From Wickerhamiella versatilis (Eukaryota): a DNA stretch of 64,000 nucleotides. The position numbers and the translations under genes are program-made. Positions 1-9,905 of this stretch are shown here, piece after piece (within the stretch, counting starts at the first letter, position 1; each line of letters begins with the position of its first letter). The stretch covers positions 4,154,001 to 4,218,000 of the forward strand of contig JAQOWU010000008.1 in NCBI GenBank assembly GCA_030867685.1, in the 5' to 3' direction. The notes beneath the pieces are model-generated. The model worked only from the letters and a program-made list of their open reading frames with translations, was not told the origin of the DNA and searched no databases.

Positions 1-702
1 TCATACCAGGCTTATAGTCGACAAATGTACCGTGATATGCTACAACAATGGTCATTATTATCATCTGCTGATGGAAAGTATTTCTCTATGCCGTCACAGT
101 CAGAGCCAGACGTGACAAAACAGGCAGCGGGCAGTGAGCCAAGTGAGTCAGGGAAAGTTAGCCGCGAATCGTACTGCGACCTGCAAATACCACCCAGGAT
201 TTCGAGAGGAGAGAACTGTGCGGTTCCTAGGAGCCAGTGGGTCAAAGAAGACCCAGAGTATGAACAGGGACAAAAACCGGAAAAGGAACTGGATCAGGAG
301 CAGGAAGAAGAAGCAGCGAAACCTACGGTATCAGTTGAGCGTTCAAGTAGAAAGGAAGTTCGTCGATTCAGATGCCCCCACTGCAAACAGGCCTTCCGAA
401 TCAAAGGATATCTGACACGGCATGTCAAAAAACACGCGAAATATAAGCCCTATACATGCCCATACTGGTCAAAGAGCGATGATACCCCTTGCCATTCAAC
501 AGGAGGATTCTCACGCAAAGATACGTACAAAATGCACTTAAAAGCCCGCCATTTTGTATATCCTCGTGGTGTGTTCTCTCGTGACAGACCCCGCTCCCGT
601 GGCCGATGTGGAGGCTGTGGTCGCGAATTCGCCAATAATGAAGTATGGGTAGAGGGGCACATATTGCCTGGTGAATGCACTGGGCTTGCAGATTTCACCT
701 GA
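1..702 (+). CDS. C2H2 zinc-finger transcription factor, Stp1/2/3/4 family (frame open from base 1, probably 5'-truncated)
   Basis: FRCPHCKQAFRIKGYLTRHVKKH, CHSTGGFSRKDTYKMHLKARHF and CGGCGREF..WVEGHI match the three-finger Stp-type array; no stop upstream of ATG 25 in frame 1. Confidence 0.85.
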   Translation, partial: SYQAYSRQMYRDMLQQWSLLSSADGKYFSMPSQSEPDVTKQAAGSEPSESGKVSRESYCDLQIPPRISRGENCAVPRSQWVKEDPEYEQGQKPEKELDQEQEEEAAKPTVSVERSSRKEVRRFRCPHCKQAFRIKGYLTRHVKKHAKYKPYTCPYWSKSDDTPCHSTGGFSRKDTYKMHLKARHFVYPRGVFSRDRPRSRGRCGGCGREFANNEVWVEGHILPGECTGLADFT

Positions 703-737
703 TCACACTGTATCCAACTAACGATGTCAATTTACGC

Positions 738-857
738 AACTAATGATAAAAACCCAACACTTGTATGACTCCTGTCTAATAGTGATAACAATGTATGTAA
801 CTAATGATAACAAAGTAACACCCGTATGACTACTCTCTACTGACCAGATTATGTATA
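738..857. repeat. Imperfect 61-bp direct repeat (2 copies)
   Basis: aactaatgataa....aacac..gtatgact.ct.tcta.t begins at 738 and again at 799. Confidence 0.7.
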
Positions 858-924
858 AGTTACAAATCATGTTCCAGCTGGTCTCTAAAAGCGCGTTTGC
901 TTACGTACCGGAGAGTTTTTCTCT

Positions 925-1204
925 GTGAAGTTTGCAGAGTTGCGTTCGAAGCTACTAACGATACTACAGAATGCTTCGGGGAAAGTCTCCGATCGCCGAG
1001 CAGAGATGCACCGAAATGGTGGTCAGAGCCTAGTTGTCTTGTTTCGACGATGAAAAGGCCTCCTCCAGGGGAGATTCTATGTGGAATGACTTGGCATTCT
1101 CTGGCCGGTGCGATAGCGACGGGATCCGCCGTCAAACGAAAGGTATGCAACGTGCTCCTCCGATATAGGGGAGTAACCCAACGGAGCTTACTGACGAACT
1201 TCAC
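925..1204 (+). ncRNA. NME1: RNase MRP RNA
   Basis: CR-I GAAAGTCTCC at 981-990; CR-V GAGTAACCCAACGGAGCTTACT at 1171-1192, near-identical to the S. cerevisiae NME1 motif as I recall it; P1 gtgaagttt(925-933)/gaacttcac(1196-1204); P2 gttgcgt/atgcaac; P8-like cacc-GAAAT-ggtg hairpin. Confidence 0.93.
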
Positions 1205-1279
1205 CATAAAATTTTTTCGCTCTCGTCTTTGGGATACGGTTATCAAGTCGTAGCGTGGTCGTACGCGCCGAGTGCTTTC

Positions 1280-1358
1280 GTCCAGTGATGATCTCCTTTA
1301 ATTATAGAGTCAAGCTCAGAAACTTGTATGTTGAGGCTCATGGAAAGATCCTGAGGAC
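1280..1358 (+). ncRNA. SNR66: Box C/D snoRNA, snR66 orthologue (guides 25S rRNA Um2417, S. cerevisiae numbering)
   Basis: Terminal stem gtcc/ggac; box C GTGATGA 1285-1291; D' CAGA 1317-1320; C'-like ATGTTGA; box D CTGA 1351-1354; guide TAGAGTCAAGCT (1305-1316) is complementary to conserved LSU AGCUUGACUCUA, and the fifth-nucleotide rule points to the second U. Confidence 0.9.
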
Positions 1359-1533
1359 AGTATATATAAACGAAGCTTGCTCCGTGTCATCGGTGGTTTA
1401 AAAGGTTTCTTATGACCTCCCCGATATAGATTGACATAGGCAGTAATGTGATGCATAGGCATAGATATAGGTCTTATCAATTAATATTCTTGGCGATCTG
1501 TAGTCTAGGCTGGAATAGATTTACGCAGTGACC

Positions 1534-1574
1534 GCACTGTGCAGTGCTGTGCAGTGCTGTGGTGTGCTGTAGTG
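1534..1574. repeat. Degenerate 10-bp tandem repeat (gtgctgtgca-like, about 4 copies) downstream of MCM1
   Basis: gcactgtgca gtgctgtgca gtgctgtggt gtgctgtagt. Confidence 0.6.
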
Positions 1575-1635
1575 GCCGGGACCGCTGATATCATATGCAA
1601 ACATTCAATATACTAGCTTAAATAGAAAACAACAA

Positions 1636-2352
1636 CTAATTGTATTGCTGGTGCCGTTGACCAACGGGCATGTACTGTGGATACTCTGTCGGTAGGTACG
1701 CATCACCAGCGACCAAATGGGCCGCAGTGCCATCATCGTTTGCAGGCATGCCCATAAGCGGGTCGATATGGGGGGGCGCTCCAGCAACATATGCGCCTTG
1801 TGGGTGCACACCAGGGGCCACCACGGGGGCGGGTCCAGCAGTGGTGGGCACGGGGCCATGCTGCGGTGACTCGCCGCCACGCGCGCTGCCCTGGGAATCG
1901 CGATGCTTGGACTGCTCCTGCGGGCTGCCTGAAGGGTTATCTGGTGCATTCAAGCACGACTGAATCAATGTTTTGCCCTCGCTCTGGGTTACAAGGGGTT
2001 GCAGCTTCGGAGTGGTGAATGTATATACTAAACCAGTTTCTGAAACCACAAGCAGAAGGACCTGGGTCCCTGTCAGTACTGATAGTTCCCATGCTTTCTT
2101 CATGATACCATGTTTGCGCTTCGAAAATGTGATATGGCGACGCGCCTTATCTTGAATAAACTTAATCTCGATTTTGCGACGCTCACGCCCAGCACCACTC
2201 CTTGGGCGCTCATCGTCGTCATCATCCATTTCGGATGGAGCGACTCCAGATCTAGATGCCCCCGCACTACTTAGGGGATATACCGCCTGGTCTGCGCGAG
2301 GAGCACCATCAACACCGGATGAATTCGTCGGGGGGTAACCAAGATCCGACAT
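1636..2352 (-). CDS. MCM1: MADS-box (SRF-type) transcription factor
   Basis: ERRKIEIKFIQDKARRHITFSKRKHGIMKKAWELSVLTGTQVLLLVVSETGLVYTFTTPKL. Confidence 0.97.
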   Translation of the reverse strand: MSDLGYPPTNSSGVDGAPRADQAVYPLSSAGASRSGVAPSEMDDDDDERPRSGAGRERRKIEIKFIQDKARRHITFSKRKHGIMKKAWELSVLTGTQVLLLVVSETGLVYTFTTPKLQPLVTQSEGKTLIQSCLNAPDNPSGSPQEQSKHRDSQGSARGGESPQHGPVPTTAGPAPVVAPGVHPQGAYVAGAPPHIDPLMGMPANDDGTAAHLVAGDAYLPTEYPQYMPVGQRHQQYN

Positions 2353-3288
2353 TACTGGAAGACTGAATGGTTAATATATGTTTCTGAAGCTTCGCGCGCT
2401 AGAAAATAGGCTGCTCATGCAGGGCACTTACCTTGTTAGGACGGTGTTTGGGACCGTACGTATGCAGGTTGCTGAAAGAGGAAACCCAAGCCTTAAGTGG
2501 CGAACTTGTTACTATTAGTCATACAATGATGTTTGTTTACTATTATAGCGCGGGCCAATTACTTGACGTACACGTGCCGAATATTTATAAAAAAATTTTT
2601 TTAGTTTCATAATATTGTTTGAGATAGAATCCACTGAGTACTGTGGCCTGGCGTGAACCAGACCCACTTAGATATACAATTGCATACCATGTCGGGAATG
2701 GAAGTAGTGGGGCGTATGACTTACATAGTTGTCTTGCCAAATGGGCTATAGGCTCAATAATGACTCCCCCCCGCATATTCTCGTACATAAATATTTTATT
2801 GTCCCTCGCTTTCCGTCCGTGGGACGATCGTATTACCTATCCATGAGTCAGCAACTGAGCTCCAACTTCATCTCACATTCAGGGGCGGGGAGAAAAACTT
2901 TGTTCGGACCGTGGGGAAACATGTCGTATTGGCTCTTCTGGGGAACTTGCTGACATGTGCCTTGTTATCACTGATTAGAAGGCTAGTTTATTATTGTTAT
3001 TATTATTACTATTTTAAAGAACAGTGGAATATGTTAAATTCTCTTGCTGTTGCTGTTGATTTTGCTGATGCTGGTGCTAATGCCGCTGGTGGTGCTGCTG
3101 TTGGCGCTGCTGCTCCTTAGACTCGGTGTCGCCACCAGTGGAACCTCTGAGACCATGTGCTGGATACTAAAGGTTTTCCAAACCCGAACTATGTAGCCAC
3201 TGCAAAAATTCTCTAATTTAGTGGGACTATTCCGTGAATGCAAAATATACTATTCAAGGAATGTAAGTCTATTTGAGGAATAGCTAAC

Positions 3289-3762
3289 TTACGCGCCCTT
3301 AGGAGCTTCTTTGTAAGAGACAGCAGCCTCTTCTTCCATGGCGGTGATGATGGTGACGAAAAGGTCCTTACCCTCGTCGAAGTCACCCTGGATCTTAGAG
3401 CCAAGCTCTCCATCAGGAACCTTGACGTCGTCCTTGGTGCCACCGTCAGGGGTCATCAGGGAGAGGAAGCCGTCGTCGATGTCGATCAACTGGTACTCAG
3501 TACGACTGACGTTGGGGACTTCCATGTTGTGGGTCGACGGGGACAGATCCTCCAGCTTCTTGCCGGTGAAAATGTCAATAGCGACAAGGTGAACCTTGGC
3601 GTGGCCGTGCTTACCCGTCTTGGAGGTGGACATTTCCACGATCTTGCAAGGACGGCCCTTGATAACAACGTGGCCGTTCTTACGCAGGGCAGAGCACTGC
3701 ATAGGATAAGTCTGGGAAGCACCAGCATTCGCGGTCTCAAAAACGTGATCCTCGTCCGCCAT
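3289..3762 (-). CDS. HYP2: Translation factor eIF5A
   Basis: Hypusination motif [12 protein letters not shown]; 157 aa. Confidence 0.99.
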   Translation of the reverse strand: MADEDHVFETANAGASQTYPMQCSALRKNGHVVIKGRPCKIVEMSTSKTGKHGHAKVHLVAIDIFTGKKLEDLSPSTHNMEVPNVSRTEYQLIDIDDGFLSLMTPDGGTKDDVKVPDGELGSKIQGDFDEGKDLFVTIITAMEEEAAVSYKEAPKGA

Positions 3763-4224
3763 TTTTCCGTTGAACCAGTTAAGTGAAGAGAATAAGTAAT
3801 AGGGATAAAAAAAATGGGAAGGGAATTCAATTACATAAGCTGCTGAATCATAATACAGTAATAAATCAGGGCTTTTCGGTACCTTGCGGCTTCCGCATTA
3901 TTAGCCAAGGCATTTCCCGTTAGTTTTAATTATGGGGCTGAATTTTTTCAAAAAAATCTCCCCTGATCTCATAGGCATAGTGGACTGCTCAGGTAGTGAA
4001 GTTATGACTTAGATTGGCGCCACCAGTCCGACGCGCTACCTTTTCCAAACCATGACAGGCTAATCTACGAAGTTTACGGGGAAATTTCAATAGTATGTAC
4101 ATATTTTGATACCTTCGTGGTATAGGCACAGCTTCCGAAGCTTATGCATTAAGCGTAATCTAGCGCTTACGCGATACCCTAGTGACGCGAGTGGCACCGA
4201 GCTCTTGTGACTGACTTGGTGTGT

Positions 4225-6459
4225 ATGACTAGCTTTGAGGGGGAGTCACCACCGGAATTTGCTGCGGATATTTCCAAGGCACTTGTGCTCACGATACCCA
4301 CGTCACGTTGGCGCGTGAAGTTATACCAACTTGAAAGCGGGTCGTGGATCGATCATGGAACCGGCCTCTGCTGGGGTGAGATAAGAGACAAAGGCGATGC
4401 TTATCTAGTGGTCGAAGATGAGATGGACCCTGAGCGTAAAATACTGGAGAGCTGTATCCAGGGCTCAATCATTTATCAGAAGCAAGACACGCTGATAATC
4501 TGGAACGAGGCTTCAGATTCCGACAAGGTTGATCTTGCGTTGAGTTTTCAGGAGCTTGCTGGGTGCCTTGTGCTATGCCAGTACCTTGCACATCTTCGTG
4601 AAACCTCAGAACCGAACATTGATGTTGCTGTGGTGGTAAGTGGGACCGACACGGCCACCGAATCTATTACAGACAGTAGTCTTGCACTGCCACCATTGCC
4701 GACTCGTGACAACTTGACGCAGGTAAGCGAGTGCATTTCCCGTTGTTCACAGACGCAATATGGCAGGGACTGTTTAATCGTGTGCTTTGATCTCACAGGA
4801 TATATCGAACGCTTGTTCTCACTTTTCTCTGATGTGGAGAATGATAACTCCTTGGAATCTTCAAGACGTCTCAATGTATTACACCAACTCGCCACTGTCC
4901 TAAAAGCAATATTTATGATGGGCGAGACTAGCATAATTGACAAGCTTGTCGGAAGCACAGGCTTTTTTGAAGGTGTTATAGGTGTTATGGAATACGATCC
5001 ACAATTTGGAACGCGGAAGGCAAATTACAGAAGCTTTTACTCACATCAGACAAAATTTAAGGAGGTAGTGCCCATATCAGACCCTACAATGCTTAACAAA
5101 ATACAACGGACATTTCGCCTCCAACTTCTTAAGGATGTCATTCTCGCACGTGCGCTGGACGATACGACCTTCCAACTTGTGGCAACCCATGTGTACCTGG
5201 GTCAGATGGAGATTGTTCTTGGACTGCAGTCGTCGCATGAATTTTGTTCAGAACTGTTCGCTCTGTTCAGAAGTACCCAGAGTAATGAGGCACAAAAAAG
5301 AGATGCCCTTCGATTCTTAAATACTATTATGGTAGTATCAAAGGGATTTCCACTGCAACAAAGGCTGGACCTCTACGAACGACTCCTTCAAGATGGGCTC
5401 TTAAGGGCATTGGACTATGGCATTCGCTCCAGGGAGCCAGAGGAACGAAGTTTGGCCTTTGAGTGTCTTGGTGCCATTGTAGATTTTGATCCTGGCATGT
5501 TGCAGGGACCAGAGAGTAAATATACAATGATGGCTGTCATTGAAATATTTGATGTTGATAACGAAAAGCCTGCCCTACTGATTCAAGCAGCAGAACTCAT
5601 AAAGCCGCTCTTAGGGGACGCTGCACGCTCAATGACCACTTCACGAAATGCGGAAAGCTACTTCACAGCCTGGGCACGCCAATTGCTGTCTCGTATCCGT
5701 CCAGAGCAGCGCAGCCTGTGCTTGGAGATTTCTCTCGACTTATTGGGATTTTGCTTCAGTGTCTCCCCAGAAAAAACTGGCGAGATTGTTAGCTCTCTCA
5801 AATTATGGAACGTGGTATCCGAGATTGTGAAAGGCCCTGTGGGAAAGCCAGTTCTTTTGGCATGCTTTCGCTGCCTCAAGTGGTGCATTGTCAATTGCGA
5901 AAGCCAGGCAGAGTCTATCACAGATAGTGGTATACTTCGCGTGATTGTCGAAGTTCTCGTATCTATGGGTAATGTCAATAATGCAGTGAACTCGGCAGGT
6001 CTTGAACTTCTACGTCTCATTGCAGAAGGCAAACTTCGGCAGTGCGTCATACTAAGGCACTGGCTGATGCAGAGGGTGGGTGACGCACTAGTTCATCTCA
6101 ATTATTGCCCTTATGTGTCTAGCCTGATTGATCCAGAGACTAGCGATGACGACGATGATACGATTGATTCTGAAACTATACCTGCGGATGACTCTGAGGT
6201 CAGCCGAATATCTCTGAAGCGTCCGGTCGATGAGGATAATCATGGTGATTATGGAAGAGAGAGGTTTATGGGTCGCCCGCGACTCGATGAACCTCGGAGT
6301 GATAGCCCGCCATTGGAGCCAGGAGGTCACACGACCAGCACGTGTCGTGAAGGATCACCTTTAGGCCCTTTGTCACCCAAACAGCCCCTGCGACATAAAA
6401 AATCTATCCCTGGTGTTGCAGCAGCGGCAAGGACACCTGAAACATCGGGCTCGGCCTAG
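4225..6459 (+). CDS. PSY2: PP4 phosphatase regulatory subunit 3 (Psy2/SMEK)
   Basis: N-terminal EVH1-like RVKLYQL..WIDHGTG..YQKQDTLIIW..LALSFQE; Smk1 domain EYDP..KFKEVVPI..KIQRTFRLQLLKDVILAR; first ATG at 4225. Confidence 0.9.
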   Translation: MTSFEGESPPEFAADISKALVLTIPTSRWRVKLYQLESGSWIDHGTGLCWGEIRDKGDAYLVVEDEMDPERKILESCIQGSIIYQKQDTLIIWNEASDSDKVDLALSFQELAGCLVLCQYLAHLRETSEPNIDVAVVVSGTDTATESITDSSLALPPLPTRDNLTQVSECISRCSQTQYGRDCLIVCFDLTGYIERLFSLFSDVENDNSLESSRRLNVLHQLATVLKAIFMMGETSIIDKLVGSTGFFEGVIGVMEYDPQFGTRKANYRSFYSHQTKFKEVVPISDPTMLNKIQRTFRLQLLKDVILARALDDTTFQLVATHVYLGQMEIVLGLQSSHEFCSELFALFRSTQSNEAQKRDALRFLNTIMVVSKGFPLQQRLDLYERLLQDGLLRALDYGIRSREPEERSLAFECLGAIVDFDPGMLQGPESKYTMMAVIEIFDVDNEKPALLIQAAELIKPLLGDAARSMTTSRNAESYFTAWARQLLSRIRPEQRSLCLEISLDLLGFCFSVSPEKTGEIVSSLKLWNVVSEIVKGPVGKPVLLACFRCLKWCIVNCESQAESITDSGILRVIVEVLVSMGNVNNAVNSAGLELLRLIAEGKLRQCVILRHWLMQRVGDALVHLNYCPYVSSLIDPETSDDDDDTIDSETIPADDSEVSRISLKRPVDEDNHGDYGRERFMGRPRLDEPRSDSPPLEPGGHTTSTCREGSPLGPLSPKQPLRHKKSIPGVAAAARTPETSGSA

Positions 6460-6713
6460 TTACACGCTTAACTTGAGAGGGAATGCTCCAGCGACCGTCT
6501 AGGTTTCCCATTTGTGAAATACGTACAGTATATTCCCTTCAAAAGAAACATTTGCGCAGGCGCTTAAGTGTGTTATCTTTAAAAAAAAGGGAAGCATTTT
6601 AGTTGATTACGCCTTATTTATTATCTCAGTAGAAGTAAGTTGGATTTTTAAGTCTTACCTATTGTTGTCCATACGTCGTCTTAGTCACTATCGAAGCAGG
6701 TGATCTCCTGACC

Positions 6714-7514
6714 ATGTCTGCTAACACTGTCCGTCAGTCCCAAAAGACATTGCTCGTTCTCCAACGTGAAGGCGAAAACAACCGTTGCTTCGAGTGCAGC
6801 TCAGTAAATCCGCAGTGGGCCTCTCCGAAGTACGGGATATTTATATGCTTGGAGTGCGCAGGGAAGCACCGTGGGCTTGGAGTTCATCTTTCATTCGTAC
6901 GTAGCATCACCATGGACCAGTTTAAGCCTGAAGAGCTGCGTGCAATGGAAATAGGTGGAAATGCAAAGGCTGCGAAGTACTTTGAGGAGCATGGCCTTCA
7001 CGGCGACCTGTCGCTACAGGCGAAGTATTCATCCACAATAGCAGAAGATTATCGCGAGAAATTGTTAGCAGAGGTGCGCGGAGAGCCATGGCAACGCCGT
7101 GAGAGACCTGTGCACATCCCCGAGCCGGAGCAGCCGGCGGGCAAAGTTTTGACAGAGGCGGAGATAAGGAGAGGACCCGCTGGCGCTGGAACCAAGAAAA
7201 CTCAGTTATCAAACCAAGATACGGCATCTGATGCATGGGGTGTAGTATCTAATGGCTGGGGTTGGTTTTCTAAGACTGTTAATGACACCACCGAAAACTT
7301 CATTAGGCCTGGCATGCGTAATTTTGCAGAATCTGACTTGGCTAACAATGCTCAGAAAGCCATGATTCAGTTTGGTAAACGGGCAAAAGAGGCTGGTGCC
7401 TATGGAGCACAGCAAATTAATCATTACGCAGGCGAGGCATTGGCCCCATTACCAGAGGAAGAACAGAACAAGTCGGAATTCGCTAAAATGCTTGATGGCT
7501 GGGGACCTCGCTAG
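6714..7514 (+). CDS. GCS1: ADP-ribosylation factor GAP
   Basis: ArfGAP zinc finger [48 protein letters not shown]-like GWGWFS segment. Confidence 0.93.
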   Translation: MSANTVRQSQKTLLVLQREGENNRCFECSSVNPQWASPKYGIFICLECAGKHRGLGVHLSFVRSITMDQFKPEELRAMEIGGNAKAAKYFEEHGLHGDLSLQAKYSSTIAEDYREKLLAEVRGEPWQRRERPVHIPEPEQPAGKVLTEAEIRRGPAGAGTKKTQLSNQDTASDAWGVVSNGWGWFSKTVNDTTENFIRPGMRNFAESDLANNAQKAMIQFGKRAKEAGAYGAQQINHYAGEALAPLPEEEQNKSEFAKMLDGWGPR

Positions 7515-7576
7515 TATTAAACAATGTGAATTGATCATATAGAATTAGCACCTAGATTTATTAACCCTAACCTTTA

Positions 7577-9724
7577 ATGCCACAGGCAGAACGACGCGTT
7601 TTTGATGGACGGTGCTTTATATTAGCCCACTTGAGGGGCGAAGTTCCTACGGAGAAAATTAATGAGCTGAAGGAGCTGATAACATCTCACGGGGGAGAAG
7701 TTAAAGCCTGGGGAGATCGCTTGGATGCCGAAGTCACACCAAAACTGCTAATAGTAGCACCATCAATGGGATATGAGCATAGCAATGAGATGCGAAGATC
7801 TATGGTACCTACAATTACCGAGGATTGGTTATGGGCATGCATTGCAGAGGGCAGACTAGTCCCAACGCGTCCGTACAGTCCGGATCCTCTTAATTTTATG
7901 CGGAAAGTCATGATCTCGTGCTCTGGCCTCAGCGATGGCGACCGCGATGCGATTTGTGCTGGCGTTCGAAGTGCTGGTGGAGATTCGCACGATACTCTTA
8001 CCAAGTTCACCACGCATCTTATTGCAGTTGATCCAAATGCTGATGAGGTACAGACGGTATACGCCCATTCAGATGTAGATATAAAGGTTGTGAGACCTGA
8101 ATGGGTAGACGACTGCATGAAGTTGCAAACATTGGTTGATGAAAGACCCTATCTGTTAAAGGATCCTGCAGAATCGGCGGAGGACGATTTACGGAGCACG
8201 TATGAGGTTGATGGAGCTCCACGCCTGGCTGTACAAAGCTCGGTGGATACTGACCTCGGTTCTTCACTTTTCGCATCTAAAGCGTTCTTTTTAGGTAACG
8301 ATTTGGGGCTTAGCGATAGACTCCGCAAGAGCGTTATTTATATTATCGAGATGAACGAAGGTAGCGTTGTCTCGAATCTTAACGATGCCGACGTCTATCT
8401 TGGAAAATGGCGTAGTTCAGAGGAATATGTTCAGGCTTGCCGCCAGAAAATTGTGGTGGGTAACTTAACTTGGCTGTATTGGATGATAATTCGGAGAAAG
8501 TGGGAATCACCGTTGGCAAAATTACTCCACTATCCAGAGGTTCCAGGAGGCCTTCCAGAAATGCACAACTTCTCTATAGCTATTTCAAATTATACTGGAG
8601 ATGCACGAGGCTATCTCCAATCTTTAATAACATCTCTTGGTGCCAATTACACCTCTGTTCTTCGTGAGGGGATGAACACACATTTGGTGACTGCTTATGA
8701 GCATGGTTCAAAGTATGAAGCCGCAAAGAGATGGGGCATAAAGATAGTGAACCATCTCTGGCTGGAAGACACTTATGCTAAGTGGGCCTTACAGCCTGAA
8801 AACTCGAGACGCTACACTTATATACCTGAACGTTTAAACTTGCGTTCGCTTGTGGGGAATATGCATTTAATTCAGGATGTATTGAAAAAGTTCTACATGC
8901 CGGTTACGGAAAGAGCACCCCATCCGAAGCGAAAGGCTCGCGACAAGGCCGATGAATGGCTGCACGATGCGATGATTAGGGAAGACGAATTTCATGAGGA
9001 GCTACGAAAGCATCATGGCCAACTGGCGCCAATTGTCAATGATGATGCGAACAAACAGGATGTGGAGGAGGCTGAGAAGAGAACAGAAACGCCTCTGTCG
9101 TCAGCCTCAGACTCGAAAGCGAAGGGCGCTAAGGAACCTTCCCCGACGCCTGCTCCAAAGAAGGTTACGCGTCGCACATCTTCCACTACCAATCCGTCTA
9201 AAAAGCCAGCCAAGGTTCGTGTACTTTTTACTGGCGTTGATGACCCGCCAAGTGCTAAGGTCTGCTCGGGTTTAGGTATGACACGCGTCTCACATCCACC
9301 AGCACAGGTGGTAATTGCACCGAGGTTCGTCAGGACCCCGAAGTTCTTATGTGCATTGGCGGACTGTTCTTATTTCGTCACACCAGAATGGTTTGATGCT
9401 TCGCTAAAGGAAGGACATCCTGCTGAGATGGATAAGTTTCTTATCCAGGATGCTGACCTGAACGACAGTTTGGATAATCGTAGAAAGCTCGACGGATCTT
9501 TACTTTTCGAAGATATGGATTTCTTTATAGAACCATCGCTGAAGAGCAAAGCGGATATTATACAGCAACTAGTGAAAGCGCATGGTGGCGTGATCACCCG
9601 GCGAAATAGCAGCCAGGACACTATTGTCATATCGTTGGCACCTGCCAGCGGTAAAATCACTATGGATGATTTTTTGCATACTATCACAACCATGGACAAA
9701 AGTAATCTGCATACAGATCCCTAA
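7577..9724 (+). CDS. RTT107: Multi-BRCT DNA-damage scaffold (Rtt107/Brc1 family)
   Basis: Several BRCT repeats (THLIA..WVDDC, VGNLTWLYW, LLHYP, SNYTGDARGYL..VNHLWLED) and a C-terminal pair with RTPKFLCALA. Confidence 0.85.
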   Translation: MPQAERRVFDGRCFILAHLRGEVPTEKINELKELITSHGGEVKAWGDRLDAEVTPKLLIVAPSMGYEHSNEMRRSMVPTITEDWLWACIAEGRLVPTRPYSPDPLNFMRKVMISCSGLSDGDRDAICAGVRSAGGDSHDTLTKFTTHLIAVDPNADEVQTVYAHSDVDIKVVRPEWVDDCMKLQTLVDERPYLLKDPAESAEDDLRSTYEVDGAPRLAVQSSVDTDLGSSLFASKAFFLGNDLGLSDRLRKSVIYIIEMNEGSVVSNLNDADVYLGKWRSSEEYVQACRQKIVVGNLTWLYWMIIRRKWESPLAKLLHYPEVPGGLPEMHNFSIAISNYTGDARGYLQSLITSLGANYTSVLREGMNTHLVTAYEHGSKYEAAKRWGIKIVNHLWLEDTYAKWALQPENSRRYTYIPERLNLRSLVGNMHLIQDVLKKFYMPVTERAPHPKRKARDKADEWLHDAMIREDEFHEELRKHHGQLAPIVNDDANKQDVEEAEKRTETPLSSASDSKAKGAKEPSPTPAPKKVTRRTSSTTNPSKKPAKVRVLFTGVDDPPSAKVCSGLGMTRVSHPPAQVVIAPRFVRTPKFLCALADCSYFVTPEWFDASLKEGHPAEMDKFLIQDADLNDSLDNRRKLDGSLLFEDMDFFIEPSLKSKADIIQQLVKAHGGVITRRNSSQDTIVISLAPASGKITMDDFLHTITTMDKSNLHTDP

Positions 9725-9905
9725 TAATCAACAGCTACATATATACATACATACATACGCATACTCTTGCCATCCTCTTTGTATCTCATTTTTTTCCTTA
9801 ATGGGTATTTCAGAACAGAAAATATAACACTAACGTTAGTCCTAGCAGAATCAATTCAAAAAAAAACTGGAGTGAATTCTTTACTCTATTACACGTGGTC
9901 TAGTT

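Noticed and set aside
860..1253. ORFs 860..1246 (-) and 897..1253 (+)
   Set aside because: Non-ATG starts, no protein motifs, and both overlay the RNase MRP RNA gene.
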